Origin: a virus
Taxonomy: Duplodnaviria > Heunggongvirae > Uroviricota > Caudoviricetes
Length of the DNA: 42,454 nucleotides
Strand: one strand, 5' to 3'
Virus record (IMG/VR): IMGVR_UViG_3300029613_000341
Location: 1-42,454 of that record
Shown in pieces: positions 8,627-17,951 of the stretch. Within the stretch, counting starts at the first letter, position 1. Every line of letters begins with the position of its first letter. The notes under the pieces were generated by a model that was given only the letters and a program-made list of their open reading frames with translations, was not told the origin of the DNA and did not search any database. The translations under genes and the position numbers were made by a program.

Positions 8627-9136
8627 ATGTTTGATTACAAGATTTCCAAACATCCGCATTTTGATGAAGCCTGTAGAGCTTTTGCACTACGCCACAATAT
8701 GGCGAAGCTGGCAGAACGTGCAGGAATGAATGTTCAGACACTGCGAAACAAACTCAACCCAGATCAACTGCATCAGCTCACAGCGCCAGAAATCTGGTTG
8801 CTTACCGATCTGACTGAAGATTCAACGCTGGTAGATGGCTTTCTGGCACAGATTCACTGCCTGCCATGTGTACCAATTAATGAGGTGGCAAAAGAGAAAC
8901 TGCCGCATTACGTCATGAGTGCAACCGCAGAGATCGGGCGTGTTGCTGCAGGTGCGGTATCTGGCGATGTAAAAACCAGTGCAGGTCGTCGTGATGCGAT
9001 CAGCAGCATTAACTCTGTTACACGACTGATGGCGCTGGCTGCTGTTTCATTGCAGGCCCGTTTACAGGCTAATCCTGCGATGGCGAGTGCAGTTGATACC
9101 ATGACTGGTCTTGGTGCTTCATTCGGTTTGCTGTGA
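8627..9136 (+). CDS. cII: CII-like lysogeny establishment regulator (phage 186 CII family)
   Basis: 169 aa; near-collinear with 186 CII as recalled (MFD..SKHPH.DEACRAFA.RHNMAKLAERAGMNVQTLRNKLNP...LWLLTDLTEDSTLVDGFLAQIHCLPCVP). Confidence 0.8.
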   Translation: MFDYKISKHPHFDEACRAFALRHNMAKLAERAGMNVQTLRNKLNPDQLHQLTAPEIWLLTDLTEDSTLVDGFLAQIHCLPCVPINEVAKEKLPHYVMSATAEIGRVAAGAVSGDVKTSAGRRDAISSINSVTRLMALAAVSLQARLQANPAMASAVDTMTGLGASFGLL

Positions 9137-9143
9137 GGTGCTT

Positions 9144-9440
9144 ATGCTTACGAAAGAACCATCATTTGCATCGCTGCTGGTTAAACAAAGCCCGGCAATG
9201 CATTACGGTCACGGCTGGATCATGGGGGAGGATGGTAAACGCTGGCATCCGTGCCGTTCACAAGATGAATTGCTGTCTGAATTGACCACGAGGAAACGGA
9301 GAAAGTCAAAATGTATGCAGCGGAAAGTGAAGTGGTTTATCAGTTTCGTTACAGAGGGGAGAGTTATTCAGTACCTGAAGATGATTTGCTCTGTTGTTAT
9401 CCGTCGTTGTCGGGCGATGGCAGTTACTTTTTCACGCTAA
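9144..9440 (+). CDS. Hypothetical early-region protein (uncertain; overlaps the next ORF in another frame)
   Basis: ATG at 9144 with GAGGTG RBS directly after cII; its 3' part overlaps ORF 9311-9535, so one of the two may be spurious. Confidence 0.25.
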   Translation: MLTKEPSFASLLVKQSPAMHYGHGWIMGEDGKRWHPCRSQDELLSELTTRKRRKSKCMQRKVKWFISFVTEGRVIQYLKMICSVVIRRCRAMAVTFSR

Positions 9441-9535
9441 GGGATGGGACGTTTTTACGGGGAGAGCAGGTTAAAGAGACGATACGAAAAAATGTATCTC
9501 CTCTTGAACGTTACCGTAAGAACAAAGAACGATAG
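9311..9535 (+). CDS. Hypothetical early-region protein
   Basis: 74-aa ORF with GGAG upstream of its ATG. Confidence 0.35.
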   Translation: MYAAESEVVYQFRYRGESYSVPEDDLLCCYPSLSGDGSYFFTLRDGTFLRGEQVKETIRKNVSPLERYRKNKER

Positions 9536-9557
9536 TTGCGTTTTGGGGATATGAATT

Positions 9558-9899
9558 ATGGCAATTAATGGCGCTGCGGCGACTGTTTCATTAAGCCCTG
9601 GTGAACGCCTGAATGGACTTAATCACATTGCGGAGTTAAGGGCGAAAGTATTTGGCCTGAATATTGAGTCAGAGCTTGAGCGGTTTATTAAAGATATGCG
9701 TGATTCACGGGATATTAATAACGAACAAAATAAACGAGCACTGGCTGCCATATTCTTTATGGCAAAAATTCCAGCTGAACGTCATAGCATCAGCATTAAT
9801 GAGCTGACCACTGACGAAAAGCGGGAGCTGATTAAAGCAATGAATCATTTTCGTGCAGTGGTGAGCTTATTTCCCAGACGGCTAACCATGCCGAATTAA
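9558..9899 (+). CDS. Hypothetical early-region protein
   Basis: 113-aa ORF, backbone-like GC, compact spacing with neighbours. Confidence 0.5.
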   Translation: MAINGAAATVSLSPGERLNGLNHIAELRAKVFGLNIESELERFIKDMRDSRDINNEQNKRALAAIFFMAKIPAERHSISINELTTDEKRELIKAMNHFRAVVSLFPRRLTMPN

Positions 9900-9960
9900 C
9901 CAATTAATGAAATTCATGGCGTAAACCCGCCGGGCATCCCTTTATCTAAATTCAGGAGAA

Positions 9961-10200
9961 TTGATTATGCGTAATATTGAAACCCTCACGACTAAAACCG
10001 GACCGGATGATGCAGGTCTTAATCTTTTACTGACAGAGGCCCGTCTTGAAGAACGTCGGGCAAGGGCTGAGGCAATGGCTGCCCGCCTTGATAGCCTGGC
10101 GTGTCATATCACATCCCGCCAGCTAAACCACGTCGAAGCAGCAGAACTGCTGCGTGTGACCGCTGAAGCAATCCAGAACGAAGCGCAGGAGATCCACTAA
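9961..10200 (+). CDS. Hypothetical early-region protein
   Basis: 79-aa ORF with AGGAG RBS; its stop is adjacent to the next gene start. Confidence 0.5.
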   Translation: MIMRNIETLTTKTGPDDAGLNLLLTEARLEERRARAEAMAARLDSLACHITSRQLNHVEAAELLRVTAEAIQNEAQEIH

Positions 10201-10427
10201 TGGCTGATGCAATGGATCTCGTACAGCAGCGCGTTGAAGAAGAACGCCAGCGCCATATCCGTGCTGCCCGTGCCAAAACACCGGGCGTGTCCCGCGTGCT
10301 TTGCATTGAGTGTGAAGCGCCAATTCCGCCAGCACGACGCCGCGCCATTCCGGGTGTGCAGCTTTGCATTACCTGCCAGGAAATCGCAGAGCTGAAAGGC
10401 AAACATTACAACGGAGGTGCTGTATGA
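10200..10427 (+). CDS. TraR/DksA-family C4 zinc-finger protein
   Basis: CIECEAPIPPARRRAIPGVQLCITCQ four-cysteine motif; stop overlaps the dam start as ATGA. Confidence 0.65.
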   Translation: MADAMDLVQQRVEEERQRHIRAARAKTPGVSRVLCIECEAPIPPARRRAIPGVQLCITCQEIAELKGKHYNGGAV

Positions 10428-11281
10428 GCACCATCCTGAAATGGGCGGGAAATAAAACCGCCATTATGTCCGAACTGAAAAAACACCTTCCTGATGGCCC
10501 GCGACTGGTTGAACCTTTCGCGGGTTCCTGTGCTGTGATGATGGAGACGGATTACCCCAGCTATCTGGTTGCGGATATTAATCCTGATTTAATCAACCTC
10601 TATAAAAAGGTTGCCGCTGATTGTGAATCGTTTATATCTCGCGCCAGAGTTTTATTTGAGATCGCAAACAGGGAGGTGGCTTATTACAACATAAGGCAGG
10701 GGTTTAATTACTCCACTGAAATTACTGATTTCATGAAAGCGGTATATTTCCTGTATCTCAATCGTCATGGTTACCGTGGATTATGTTGCTATAACAAGAG
10801 CGGGCATTTCAACATTCCGTACGGTAATTATAAAAATCCGTATTTCCCTGAAAAAGAAATTCGCGCATTTGCAGAGAAAGCCCAGCGTGCAACGTTTATC
10901 TGCGCAAGCTTTGATGAAACGCTGGCGATGCTGCAGGTGGGGGATGTGGTGTATTGCGATCCGCCGTATGACGGTACGTTTTCCGGCTATCACACTGATG
11001 GTTTCACTGAAGATGACCAGTATCACCTGGCATCCGTTCTTGAACATCGGTCATCAGAAGGACATCCGGTCATTGTTTCTAACAGTGACACATCCCTGAT
11101 CCGTTCGCTTTATCGCAATTTTACTCACCACTACATCAAGGCAAAACGCAGCATCGGCGTAGCAGCTGGTGAGAGTAAATCTGCAACAGAAATCATCGCT
11201 GTTTCCGGGCCGCGCTGCTGGGTGGGATTTGATCCTTCGCGTGGCGTGGATAGTTCTGCCGTGTACGGAGTGCGTGCATGA
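10424..11281 (+). CDS. dam: DNA adenine methyltransferase (Dam-like orphan N6-adenine MTase)
   Basis: N-terminal KWAGNK...FAGSCAV (SAM-binding) and catalytic DPPY motif ([10 protein letters not shown]). Confidence 0.85.
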   Translation: MSTILKWAGNKTAIMSELKKHLPDGPRLVEPFAGSCAVMMETDYPSYLVADINPDLINLYKKVAADCESFISRARVLFEIANREVAYYNIRQGFNYSTEITDFMKAVYFLYLNRHGYRGLCCYNKSGHFNIPYGNYKNPYFPEKEIRAFAEKAQRATFICASFDETLAMLQVGDVVYCDPPYDGTFSGYHTDGFTEDDQYHLASVLEHRSSEGHPVIVSNSDTSLIRSLYRNFTHHYIKAKRSIGVAAGESKSATEIIAVSGPRCWVGFDPSRGVDSSAVYGVRA

Positions 11282-13692
11282 GCCATGCTGATATGAACAA
11301 CTGCAGCGGCTTTAACGAGGCCGCCGCAGCATTCTCATGGAACAGCCCGAAAAAGGCTATTAACCCTTATCTGGACCCGGCGGAAGTTGCGCCGGTTTCT
11401 GCGCTGTCAAACCTGATCACTCTGTACGCTACCGATAACGAGCAGGAACAACTGCGCCGCGAGGCACTGAGTGATCAGGTCTGGGAGCGTTATTTCTTTA
11501 ATGAATCCCGTGATCCTGTCCAGCGCGAAATGGAGCAGGATAAGCTCATTAGCCGGGCAAAGTTGGCGCATGAGCAGCAGCGTTTTAACCCGGACATGGT
11601 CATTCTGGCAGACGTCAGCGCCCAGCCCTCCCATATCAGCAAGCCGCTGATGCAACGTATTGAATACTTCAGTAGCCTGGGCAGGCCAAAGGCTTATTCC
11701 CGCTATTTACGTGAGACGATTAAGCCATGTCTGGAACGACTGGAGCATGTACGCGACAGTCAGCTATCCACTTCTTTTCGCTTTATGGCAAGCCATGAAG
11801 GGCTGGACGGCCTGCTAATCCTGCCTGAAATGAGTCAGGATCAGGTCAAACGCCTGTCCACCCTTGTAGCTGCGCATATGAGCATGTGCCTTGATGCAGC
11901 TTGTGGCGATTTGTATGCCACCGATGATGTTAAGCCAGAAGAAATCCGCAAGACATGGGAAAAGGTGGCAGCAGAAACCCTGCGTCTGGATGTCATCCCG
12001 CCTGCGTTTGAGCAACTCCGTAGGAAAAGAAACCGCCGTAAACCAGTGCCCTATGAACTCATTCCGGGTTCGCTGGCGCGTATGCTGTGCGCCGACTGGT
12101 GGTATCGGAAATTGTGGAAGATGCGTTGCGAATGGCGGGAAGAGCAGTTGCGTGCTGTCTGCCTGGTCAGCAAAAAAGCATCTCCCTATGTCAGCTATGA
12201 AGCCGTGATGCATAAACGTGAGCAGCGCCGTAAGTCGCTGGAGTTTTTCCGTTCTCATGAACTGGTGAACGAAGACGGCGACACGCTGGATATGGAAGAT
12301 GTGGTAAACGCCAGTAGTAGCAACCCGGCGCATCGCCGCAATGAGATGATGGCATGTGTTAAAGGTCTGGAGCTTATCGCGGAAATGCGCGGTGACTGCG
12401 CCGTTTTCTACACCATCACCTGTCCGTCACGTTTCCATTCCACGCTAAATAACGGCAGGCCCAACCCGACCTGGACAAATGCGACGGTAAGACAAAGCAG
12501 TGATTATCTGGTCGGCATGTTTGCTGCATTTCGTAAGGCGATGCACAAAGCCGGATTGCGCTGGTATGGCGTGCGGGTGGCTGAGCCGCATCATGACGGT
12601 ACAGTTCACTGGCACCTGTTGTGTTTTATGCGCAAAAAAGATCGCCGCGCCATTACTGCTTTGTTGCGTAAGTTTGCCATTCGTGAAGACCGCGAGGAGC
12701 TGGGTAATAACACAGGACCACGCTTTAAGTCTGAGTTGATTAACCCGCGCAAAGGTACGCCAACAAGCTACATCGCGAAATACATCAGTAAGAACATTGA
12801 CGGGCGTGGTCTGGCTGGCGAGATCAGCAAGGAAACGGGTAAATCCCTGCGTGATAACGCTGAATACGTTAATGCCTGGGCGTCTCTGCATCGTGTTCAG
12901 CAATTCCGCTTCTTTGGCATTCCGGGGCGTCAGGCTTACCGTGAACTGCGATTGCTGGCTGGTCAGGCGGCAAGGCAACAGGGGAACAAAAAAGCAGGTG
13001 CGCCGGTACTGGATAACCCACGCCTTGATGCCATCCTGGCTGCTGCTGATGCTGGTTGCTTTGCCACCTACATAATGAAGCAGGGCGGCGTACTGGTTCC
13101 CCGTAAATATCACCTCATCAGAACCGCTTATGAAATCAACGAAGAGCCGACCGCCTATGGCGATCACGGTATTCGTATTTATGGCATCTGGTCACCCATT
13201 GCAGAGGGCAAGATCTGCACTCATGCAGTGAAGTGGAAAATGGTTCGTAAGGCCGTTGACGTTCAGGAGGCGGCAGCCGACCAGGGCGCTTGCGCCCCTT
13301 GGACTCGTGGCAATAACTGTCCCCTTGCTGAAAATTTGAACCAACAGGAGAAAGATAAATCAGCTGATGGGGACCCCAGAACGGACATTACCAGCATGGA
13401 TGACAAGGAGTTGCACGATTACCTGCACAGTATGAACAAAAAAGAGCGCCGGGAACTGGCTGCAAGATTACGCCTGGTGAAACCGAAACGGCGTAAAGAC
13501 TACAAACAGCGAATTACAGACCATCAGAGACTGCAGCTCGTCTATGAGCTGAAGTCCAGAGGATTTGATGGTAGCGAGAAAGAGGTCGATTTACTCCTTC
13601 GCGGCGGCAGTATTCCGTCAGGAGCAGGCTTGCGTATTTTCTATCGGAACCAGCGTTTGCGGGAAGATGATAAGTGGCGGAACCTGTATTAA
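11278..13692 (+). CDS. A: Replication initiation protein A (rolling-circle HUH endonuclease, P2 gpA family)
   Basis: 804 aa; HUH motif VHWHLL and tyrosine pair YIAKYISKN; position after the early genes matches P2/186. Confidence 0.9.
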   Translation: MSHADMNNCSGFNEAAAAFSWNSPKKAINPYLDPAEVAPVSALSNLITLYATDNEQEQLRREALSDQVWERYFFNESRDPVQREMEQDKLISRAKLAHEQQRFNPDMVILADVSAQPSHISKPLMQRIEYFSSLGRPKAYSRYLRETIKPCLERLEHVRDSQLSTSFRFMASHEGLDGLLILPEMSQDQVKRLSTLVAAHMSMCLDAACGDLYATDDVKPEEIRKTWEKVAAETLRLDVIPPAFEQLRRKRNRRKPVPYELIPGSLARMLCADWWYRKLWKMRCEWREEQLRAVCLVSKKASPYVSYEAVMHKREQRRKSLEFFRSHELVNEDGDTLDMEDVVNASSSNPAHRRNEMMACVKGLELIAEMRGDCAVFYTITCPSRFHSTLNNGRPNPTWTNATVRQSSDYLVGMFAAFRKAMHKAGLRWYGVRVAEPHHDGTVHWHLLCFMRKKDRRAITALLRKFAIREDREELGNNTGPRFKSELINPRKGTPTSYIAKYISKNIDGRGLAGEISKETGKSLRDNAEYVNAWASLHRVQQFRFFGIPGRQAYRELRLLAGQAARQQGNKKAGAPVLDNPRLDAILAAADAGCFATYIMKQGGVLVPRKYHLIRTAYEINEEPTAYGDHGIRIYGIWSPIAEGKICTHAVKWKMVRKAVDVQEAAADQGACAPWTRGNNCPLAENLNQQEKDKSADGDPRTDITSMDDKELHDYLHSMNKKERRELAARLRLVKPKRRKDYKQRITDHQRLQLVYELKSRGFDGSEKEVDLLLRGGSIPSGAGLRIFYRNQRLREDDKWRNLY

Positions 13693-13784
13693 TTACGCGG
13701 ATTAACAATTCGTGCTCTTAATAATACCAGGCATATCAGGCTGATGAACGTAAAAAAACGTTTTACATCAGTAAGATTATTATA

Positions 13785-13804
13785 TACTGTAAATATAAAC
13801 AGTG
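13785..13804 (+). promoter_or_regulatory. LexA (SOS) box
   Basis: TACTGTAAATATAAACAGTG: CTGT-N8-ACAG with an AT-rich centre, ~45 bp upstream of the 13845 ORF. Confidence 0.6.
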
Positions 13805-13844
13805 GTTATGTATACAGTATTGCTTTGGTGTCATAGGAGGAAAG

Positions 13845-14033
13845 ATGCAGGACTATTTTTTGGAGTCTTTGAAGCTCCAGCGCATTGATTTTTTTCTTAA
13901 GCTTGTAGCGGCTAGTGAGTGTAGTGATGAAGAGAAGGGGCTGGCCCTGCAGTGGGTTTCTGAATTGACTGATGAACTCATGGCAAAAATCAGAACTCAC
14001 GAATACAACCGCTCAATGGATGTCATCAGTTGA
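13845..14033 (+). CDS. Small protein downstream of the LexA box (possibly the N-terminal part of a Tum-like antirepressor module)
   Basis: 62-aa ORF with strong RBS (AGGAGGAAAG before the ATG); same position as the SOS-inducible tum operon of phage 186. Confidence 0.45.
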   Translation: MQDYFLESLKLQRIDFFLKLVAASECSDEEKGLALQWVSELTDELMAKIRTHEYNRSMDVIS

Positions 14034-14043
14034 GGTGACTTTT

Positions 14044-14277
14044 ATGCGCATTGAAATAATGATCGATAAAGAGCAGAAGATTAGCCAGTCTACCCTGGAC
14101 GCTCTGGAGTCCGAGCTTTACCGCAACCTGCGCCCCCTGTATCCCAAAACGGTAATTCGTATCCGTAAAGGTAGCTCTAACGGTGTGGAACTGACCGGAC
14201 TGAAACTGGACGAAGAAAAAAAACAAGTGATGAAAATTATGCAGAAGGTGTGGGAAGACGACAGCTGGCTGCATTAA
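14044..14277 (+). CDS. DinI-like protein (DinI/Tum C-terminal domain family)
   Basis: 77 aa, MRIEIMIDKEQKISQSTLDALESELYRNL...KIMQKVWEDDSW resembles DinI as recalled; downstream of the LexA box. Confidence 0.7.
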   Translation: MRIEIMIDKEQKISQSTLDALESELYRNLRPLYPKTVIRIRKGSSNGVELTGLKLDEEKKQVMKIMQKVWEDDSWLH

Positions 14278-14591
14278 GAAACGTTGCCCCCAGGAGGATT
14301 CATTCTGATGGGGGCTAGTTTGGGCAACGAGTGAAATAAGGTGTAAGGTCATTTTGATAAATGATCGTCTGCTTTGTGCAAGATGCAAACGTTTCTTCTG
14401 CTAACTTTCGTTAATTAACGAATGGCAGACTAATTCGCAACGGATAATCTGAATTTTGTAAGATTATGGGCATTTCTATAAAATTTACTAATAATAACCT
14501 TACAATGTACACTACCGATTGAATTTTCCATAGTTGGCCTTTGGCTCTACTTACCATCTATGTTTATGTATTTTATCAAAATGGACTAAAA

Positions 14592-16484
14592 ATGAACAAT
14601 ACGTACATCAAAGACTATATAGAATATTACCTTAGCCTTACAACTGAACCTCAATACGCCATTATGCTTAAAGGTGCTTGGGGATCAGGTAAAACTTGGT
14701 TCATTGAACAAGTTCTTGAAGAATATAAGCAGAAGAATTCAGAGTTTAAATTTCTAAAAGTGAGTTTGTATGGCGTCAACTCTATTAAACAGATTGAAGA
14801 TGAGTTCTATCGTCAACTTCATCCTGTCCTATCAAACAAAGCCCTTATCTTTGGTGCAAATGTACTAAAAAATACGCTTAAGGCTACTTTCAAGATCGAT
14901 CTCAATGGCGATAATAAATCTGACGTTGATGTCAATACCAATGTTCCCACCATTAATCTTAACGATTTTAGTAGAAAACCAGATGGTTTTGTGCTGGTCT
15001 TTGATGATATCGAGAGAGCTGGTATAGATTTACCAATTTTATTTGGATATATAAACCACTTTGTAGAAGTAAACGGATACAAAGCGATCTTGGTTGCCAA
15101 TGAAGAAGAAATAATCAATAGAGAAAAGCGAATAAATAATGATGATGAGAAATCTAGCAGCGAATACATGAGAACAAAAGAAAAGCTTGTTGGTAAAACA
15201 TTTGAAGTAACGTCAGATTTACATAGTGCTTGTAATGTTTTTTTGGGCGTAATTAGCAGTTTACACGTTGCTAATATATTTAAAGAAGATATGCAGGCCA
15301 TAGAAGACATCTATGTGTCGGCGAAATATAATAATCTAAGACACTTGAGGCAGTTCTTTCTTGATGTACAACGCATCATTTCCCTTTTGGGAAATAAATA
15401 TGTCAGCAACGACGATTTTATGAGGGTATTTTTCCAGCAGTTGTTAATTTTCTCGATAGAGTACCGGGGAGGGAACCTTAACTACGAGGAATTCGATTCA
15501 ATCAGCAATGTTAATTATGGTATGTTTTTAGGTAAAGAGCGTACCAAAACTAAGTATGACATGATCGTCGAGAAATATTCATCTCCTGTATTAACCGAGA
15601 AGTTACTGGATGGTGCGTACTGGAGGGAGCTAATCTGTGATGGAAAGGTAACGAGTGAACTTCTCGCTCAGTTGGATATTACGCGATTTTTTAGAAGCAC
15701 CGATGCCCAAGCATGGGAGTATTTGTGGAACTATCGAGAACTTAATGAAACTATGCTTAATGAGCAGTACGCCATTGCCAAGGATAATCTATTTTCAGGT
15801 AAGATCACTTCCTTAGGTGAACTCCTGATGACCGCGAGTATTTTGCTGGACATGGCGAAAGAAGGTCTAACAACAGATGATGTTCATGATCTCATAAATG
15901 AGACAAAACAGAATATAAATAATTATTATAATAGACTTAGAGCTGAAGATATACATAAGGAATATGCGCAAACGCATTATAACGAATTAAGGGCATGGCG
16001 TGGCTTTGGTTTTCTTGACAGGGATAGCGATGAATTCAAACTCATTATTGAGCATATTGAGATAGCGAAGAAGAAACGGTTTGATGAATCAATTCCGGAA
16101 TTTGCGTTGCAGTTCAGCGATGAGTTGCAAAGGGGAAACTTATCGTTTGTATCTGAATTGAGTCATTCTAATAATAGGCAGTTAAATCTTCATAATGTGC
16201 CTTTTTTACACTTGGTTCCTCCTGAAGTTTTCATTGAAAGCTATAGGAAACTTGACCCAGTCCTCATGAGGAAACTGGCATTTAGCTTGCGGAATCGTTA
16301 TTCTGATGGGGATGCTAGAACCAGACTGACCGAAGAATACAACTGGTTGATTAACCTAAAAGAGATAGCTGTAGATTTCACTCAAAACGCAGCCAATAAC
16401 TCCTTTCAGGTTTTTCACGTAAAGTTTTTTATTGACTATGTATTAACTAGCGCAATCAAATTCTTTACTGAGGGAACTGATTAA
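14592..16484 (+). CDS. P-loop NTPase (Walker A GAWGSGKT, Walker B VLVFDD; possibly KAP-type), ~630 aa
   Basis: ATG at 14592 (ORF open from an alternative TTG at 14541); Walker A and B motifs present; long C-terminal region without motifs I recognise; strongly AT-rich; followed by a terminator. Confidence 0.7.
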   Translation: MNNTYIKDYIEYYLSLTTEPQYAIMLKGAWGSGKTWFIEQVLEEYKQKNSEFKFLKVSLYGVNSIKQIEDEFYRQLHPVLSNKALIFGANVLKNTLKATFKIDLNGDNKSDVDVNTNVPTINLNDFSRKPDGFVLVFDDIERAGIDLPILFGYINHFVEVNGYKAILVANEEEIINREKRINNDDEKSSSEYMRTKEKLVGKTFEVTSDLHSACNVFLGVISSLHVANIFKEDMQAIEDIYVSAKYNNLRHLRQFFLDVQRIISLLGNKYVSNDDFMRVFFQQLLIFSIEYRGGNLNYEEFDSISNVNYGMFLGKERTKTKYDMIVEKYSSPVLTEKLLDGAYWRELICDGKVTSELLAQLDITRFFRSTDAQAWEYLWNYRELNETMLNEQYAIAKDNLFSGKITSLGELLMTASILLDMAKEGLTTDDVHDLINETKQNINNYYNRLRAEDIHKEYAQTHYNELRAWRGFGFLDRDSDEFKLIIEHIEIAKKKRFDESIPEFALQFSDELQRGNLSFVSELSHSNNRQLNLHNVPFLHLVPPEVFIESYRKLDPVLMRKLAFSLRNRYSDGDARTRLTEEYNWLINLKEIAVDFTQNAANNSFQVFHVKFFIDYVLTSAIKFFTEGTD

Positions 16485-16549
16485 CTTTTTGTTGATTAAC
16501 ATAGGCAATATTATTAGAAGTACTAGGGATAGTCAGTAAAATTATTAAC

Positions 16550-16581
16550 GTCCGCTTCGCTCAAAGCGGACTTTGTGCTTT
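16550..16581 (+). terminator. Rho-independent terminator
   Basis: GTCCGCTT-CGCTCA-AAGCGGAC stem-loop followed by TTTGTGCTTT, ~65 bp after the NTPase stop. Confidence 0.55.
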
Positions 16582-16769
16582 ATAAAAACGAGAGTTTTGT
16601 TTTTCAAGCGGTCATTCGGTTACGGGATTTCACTTCCCCCGTAAGTGCATGACTATGCCGCATGAGATCGCATGATCGTTTGCGGATCGTTTTTGCTAAG
16701 GCACGCCAGAACTGGTGGGATTTTGCGTAGATCATGCGCCTGCATGAAAACCGCTACATAAAGCGGGCA

Positions 16770-16788
16770 GGCGTGGCGGGGATACGAG
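16770..16788. other. Candidate cos site (cohesive-end region)
   Basis: GGCGTGGCGGGGATACGAG followed by GCGCGCTG; the first 13 bases match my recollection of the 186/P2 cohesive end (GGCG[T/A]GGCGGGGA). Coordinate and identity are tentative. Confidence 0.3.
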
Positions 16789-16896
16789 CGCGCGCTGTAT
16801 GCCTGAAGTGGCTAAAATAGTATCTGTCATAGGTACAACTTAGTGTAGTATCATCCATATAATCCATTGAAATATAATCGACTCTCATTAGAGGTG

Positions 16897-17895
16897 ATGA
16901 TGAACGGAATCTGGTACGAAAACACTCATACACGCATTCCTAATTTTGAAACAACAGTACATCAAAAGCACAAATTCGGTTACGCTTATGAAACAACAAG
17001 TCATTTTGTGCATCTGTATGGGCGTGACGTGGGATTTAATGTAATATCAGTTGGGTTAACTGTTATTGAGCAACGAAGTGGAACTCTCAATGATTGGGTT
17101 CGGAGAGTATTTGGGGCTCAGAACATATCTCCTTTAGATAATGAAATTGGACATGTAACTAGGGGAGTGTGGCGGCCATCCTTATATTATGTCAATGATA
17201 CAGAAACAGCATTAGGTATCGATGAGTTTGAAAAAAGAGCAACAGAGCAAGCTCTAAGAGTTTTGATAGAAAAACTCGATGATATTTTTCTATATGTAGA
17301 ACCAAGTGCCCATGGTTTGATTTCTTACAGTCATAAATGTAGAGAGCTATTAATTCTTGCTTGTACTGAGGTTGAAAATCAATGGGTGTCAATCATTGGT
17401 AATTCGAATTTATCTCGTTCAAATGGTCGATACTCCACAAATGATTATGTGAAATTATTAGATAAGTGTTATTTGTCTGAATATAAAATTCAATATTTGA
17501 ATTATGACGGATTAAGGCATTTCAAACCTTTTGATGGGTGGAATGCAAGTACCCCTACAACATCTTTGTCATGGTATAATGCATATAATAAAACTAAACA
17601 TGATAGATCAGGAGCATTCCACTTTTCCACTTTAGAAAATGTGATGGATGCAGTTGCTGCTTGTGTTGTAATGTACTGTGTAAAATATGGCCCGTTTAGC
17701 TTATTGGAAGCCAATACGTCTCTATCAACGATCGTTAATCAAAACTTTTCAATTTCATTAGATAATAGCAATCCAGCAAGTTATTACATTCCTGAAATTG
17801 AACTTCCACCGGATACAAGAACGGATTTATTAATTTATGATTGTTATCGAGAAAACCATAATAAAGCATGGGTCACTGATCCCCTAGTGCTCTAA
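16897..17895 (+). CDS. Hypothetical protein (~332 aa), unknown function
   Basis: ORF 16867-17895 (alternative TTG); ATG at 16897/16900 with GAGGTG RBS; AT-rich; no motif I recognise. Confidence 0.5.
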   Translation: MMNGIWYENTHTRIPNFETTVHQKHKFGYAYETTSHFVHLYGRDVGFNVISVGLTVIEQRSGTLNDWVRRVFGAQNISPLDNEIGHVTRGVWRPSLYYVNDTETALGIDEFEKRATEQALRVLIEKLDDIFLYVEPSAHGLISYSHKCRELLILACTEVENQWVSIIGNSNLSRSNGRYSTNDYVKLLDKCYLSEYKIQYLNYDGLRHFKPFDGWNASTPTTSLSWYNAYNKTKHDRSGAFHFSTLENVMDAVAACVVMYCVKYGPFSLLEANTSLSTIVNQNFSISLDNSNPASYYIPEIELPPDTRTDLLIYDCYRENHNKAWVTDPLVL

Positions 17896-17951
17896 TTTCC
17901 TGCTAAAGGGAGCTTTTAATTATAAACGCTCCCTTCGGTTGTCGCTATTTA

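Noticed and set aside
10109-10406. Three overlapping minus-strand ORFs opposite the early-gene and TraR-like region
   Set aside because: They lie antisense to compactly arranged plus-strand genes in a GC-rich stretch where spurious ORFs are common.
14283-14330. Hairpin-like inverted repeat after the DinI-like gene (CGTTGCCCCCA ... TGATGGGGG ... GGGCAACG)
   Set aside because: Complex, imperfect and not followed by a T-tract; cannot be called a terminator or operator with confidence.
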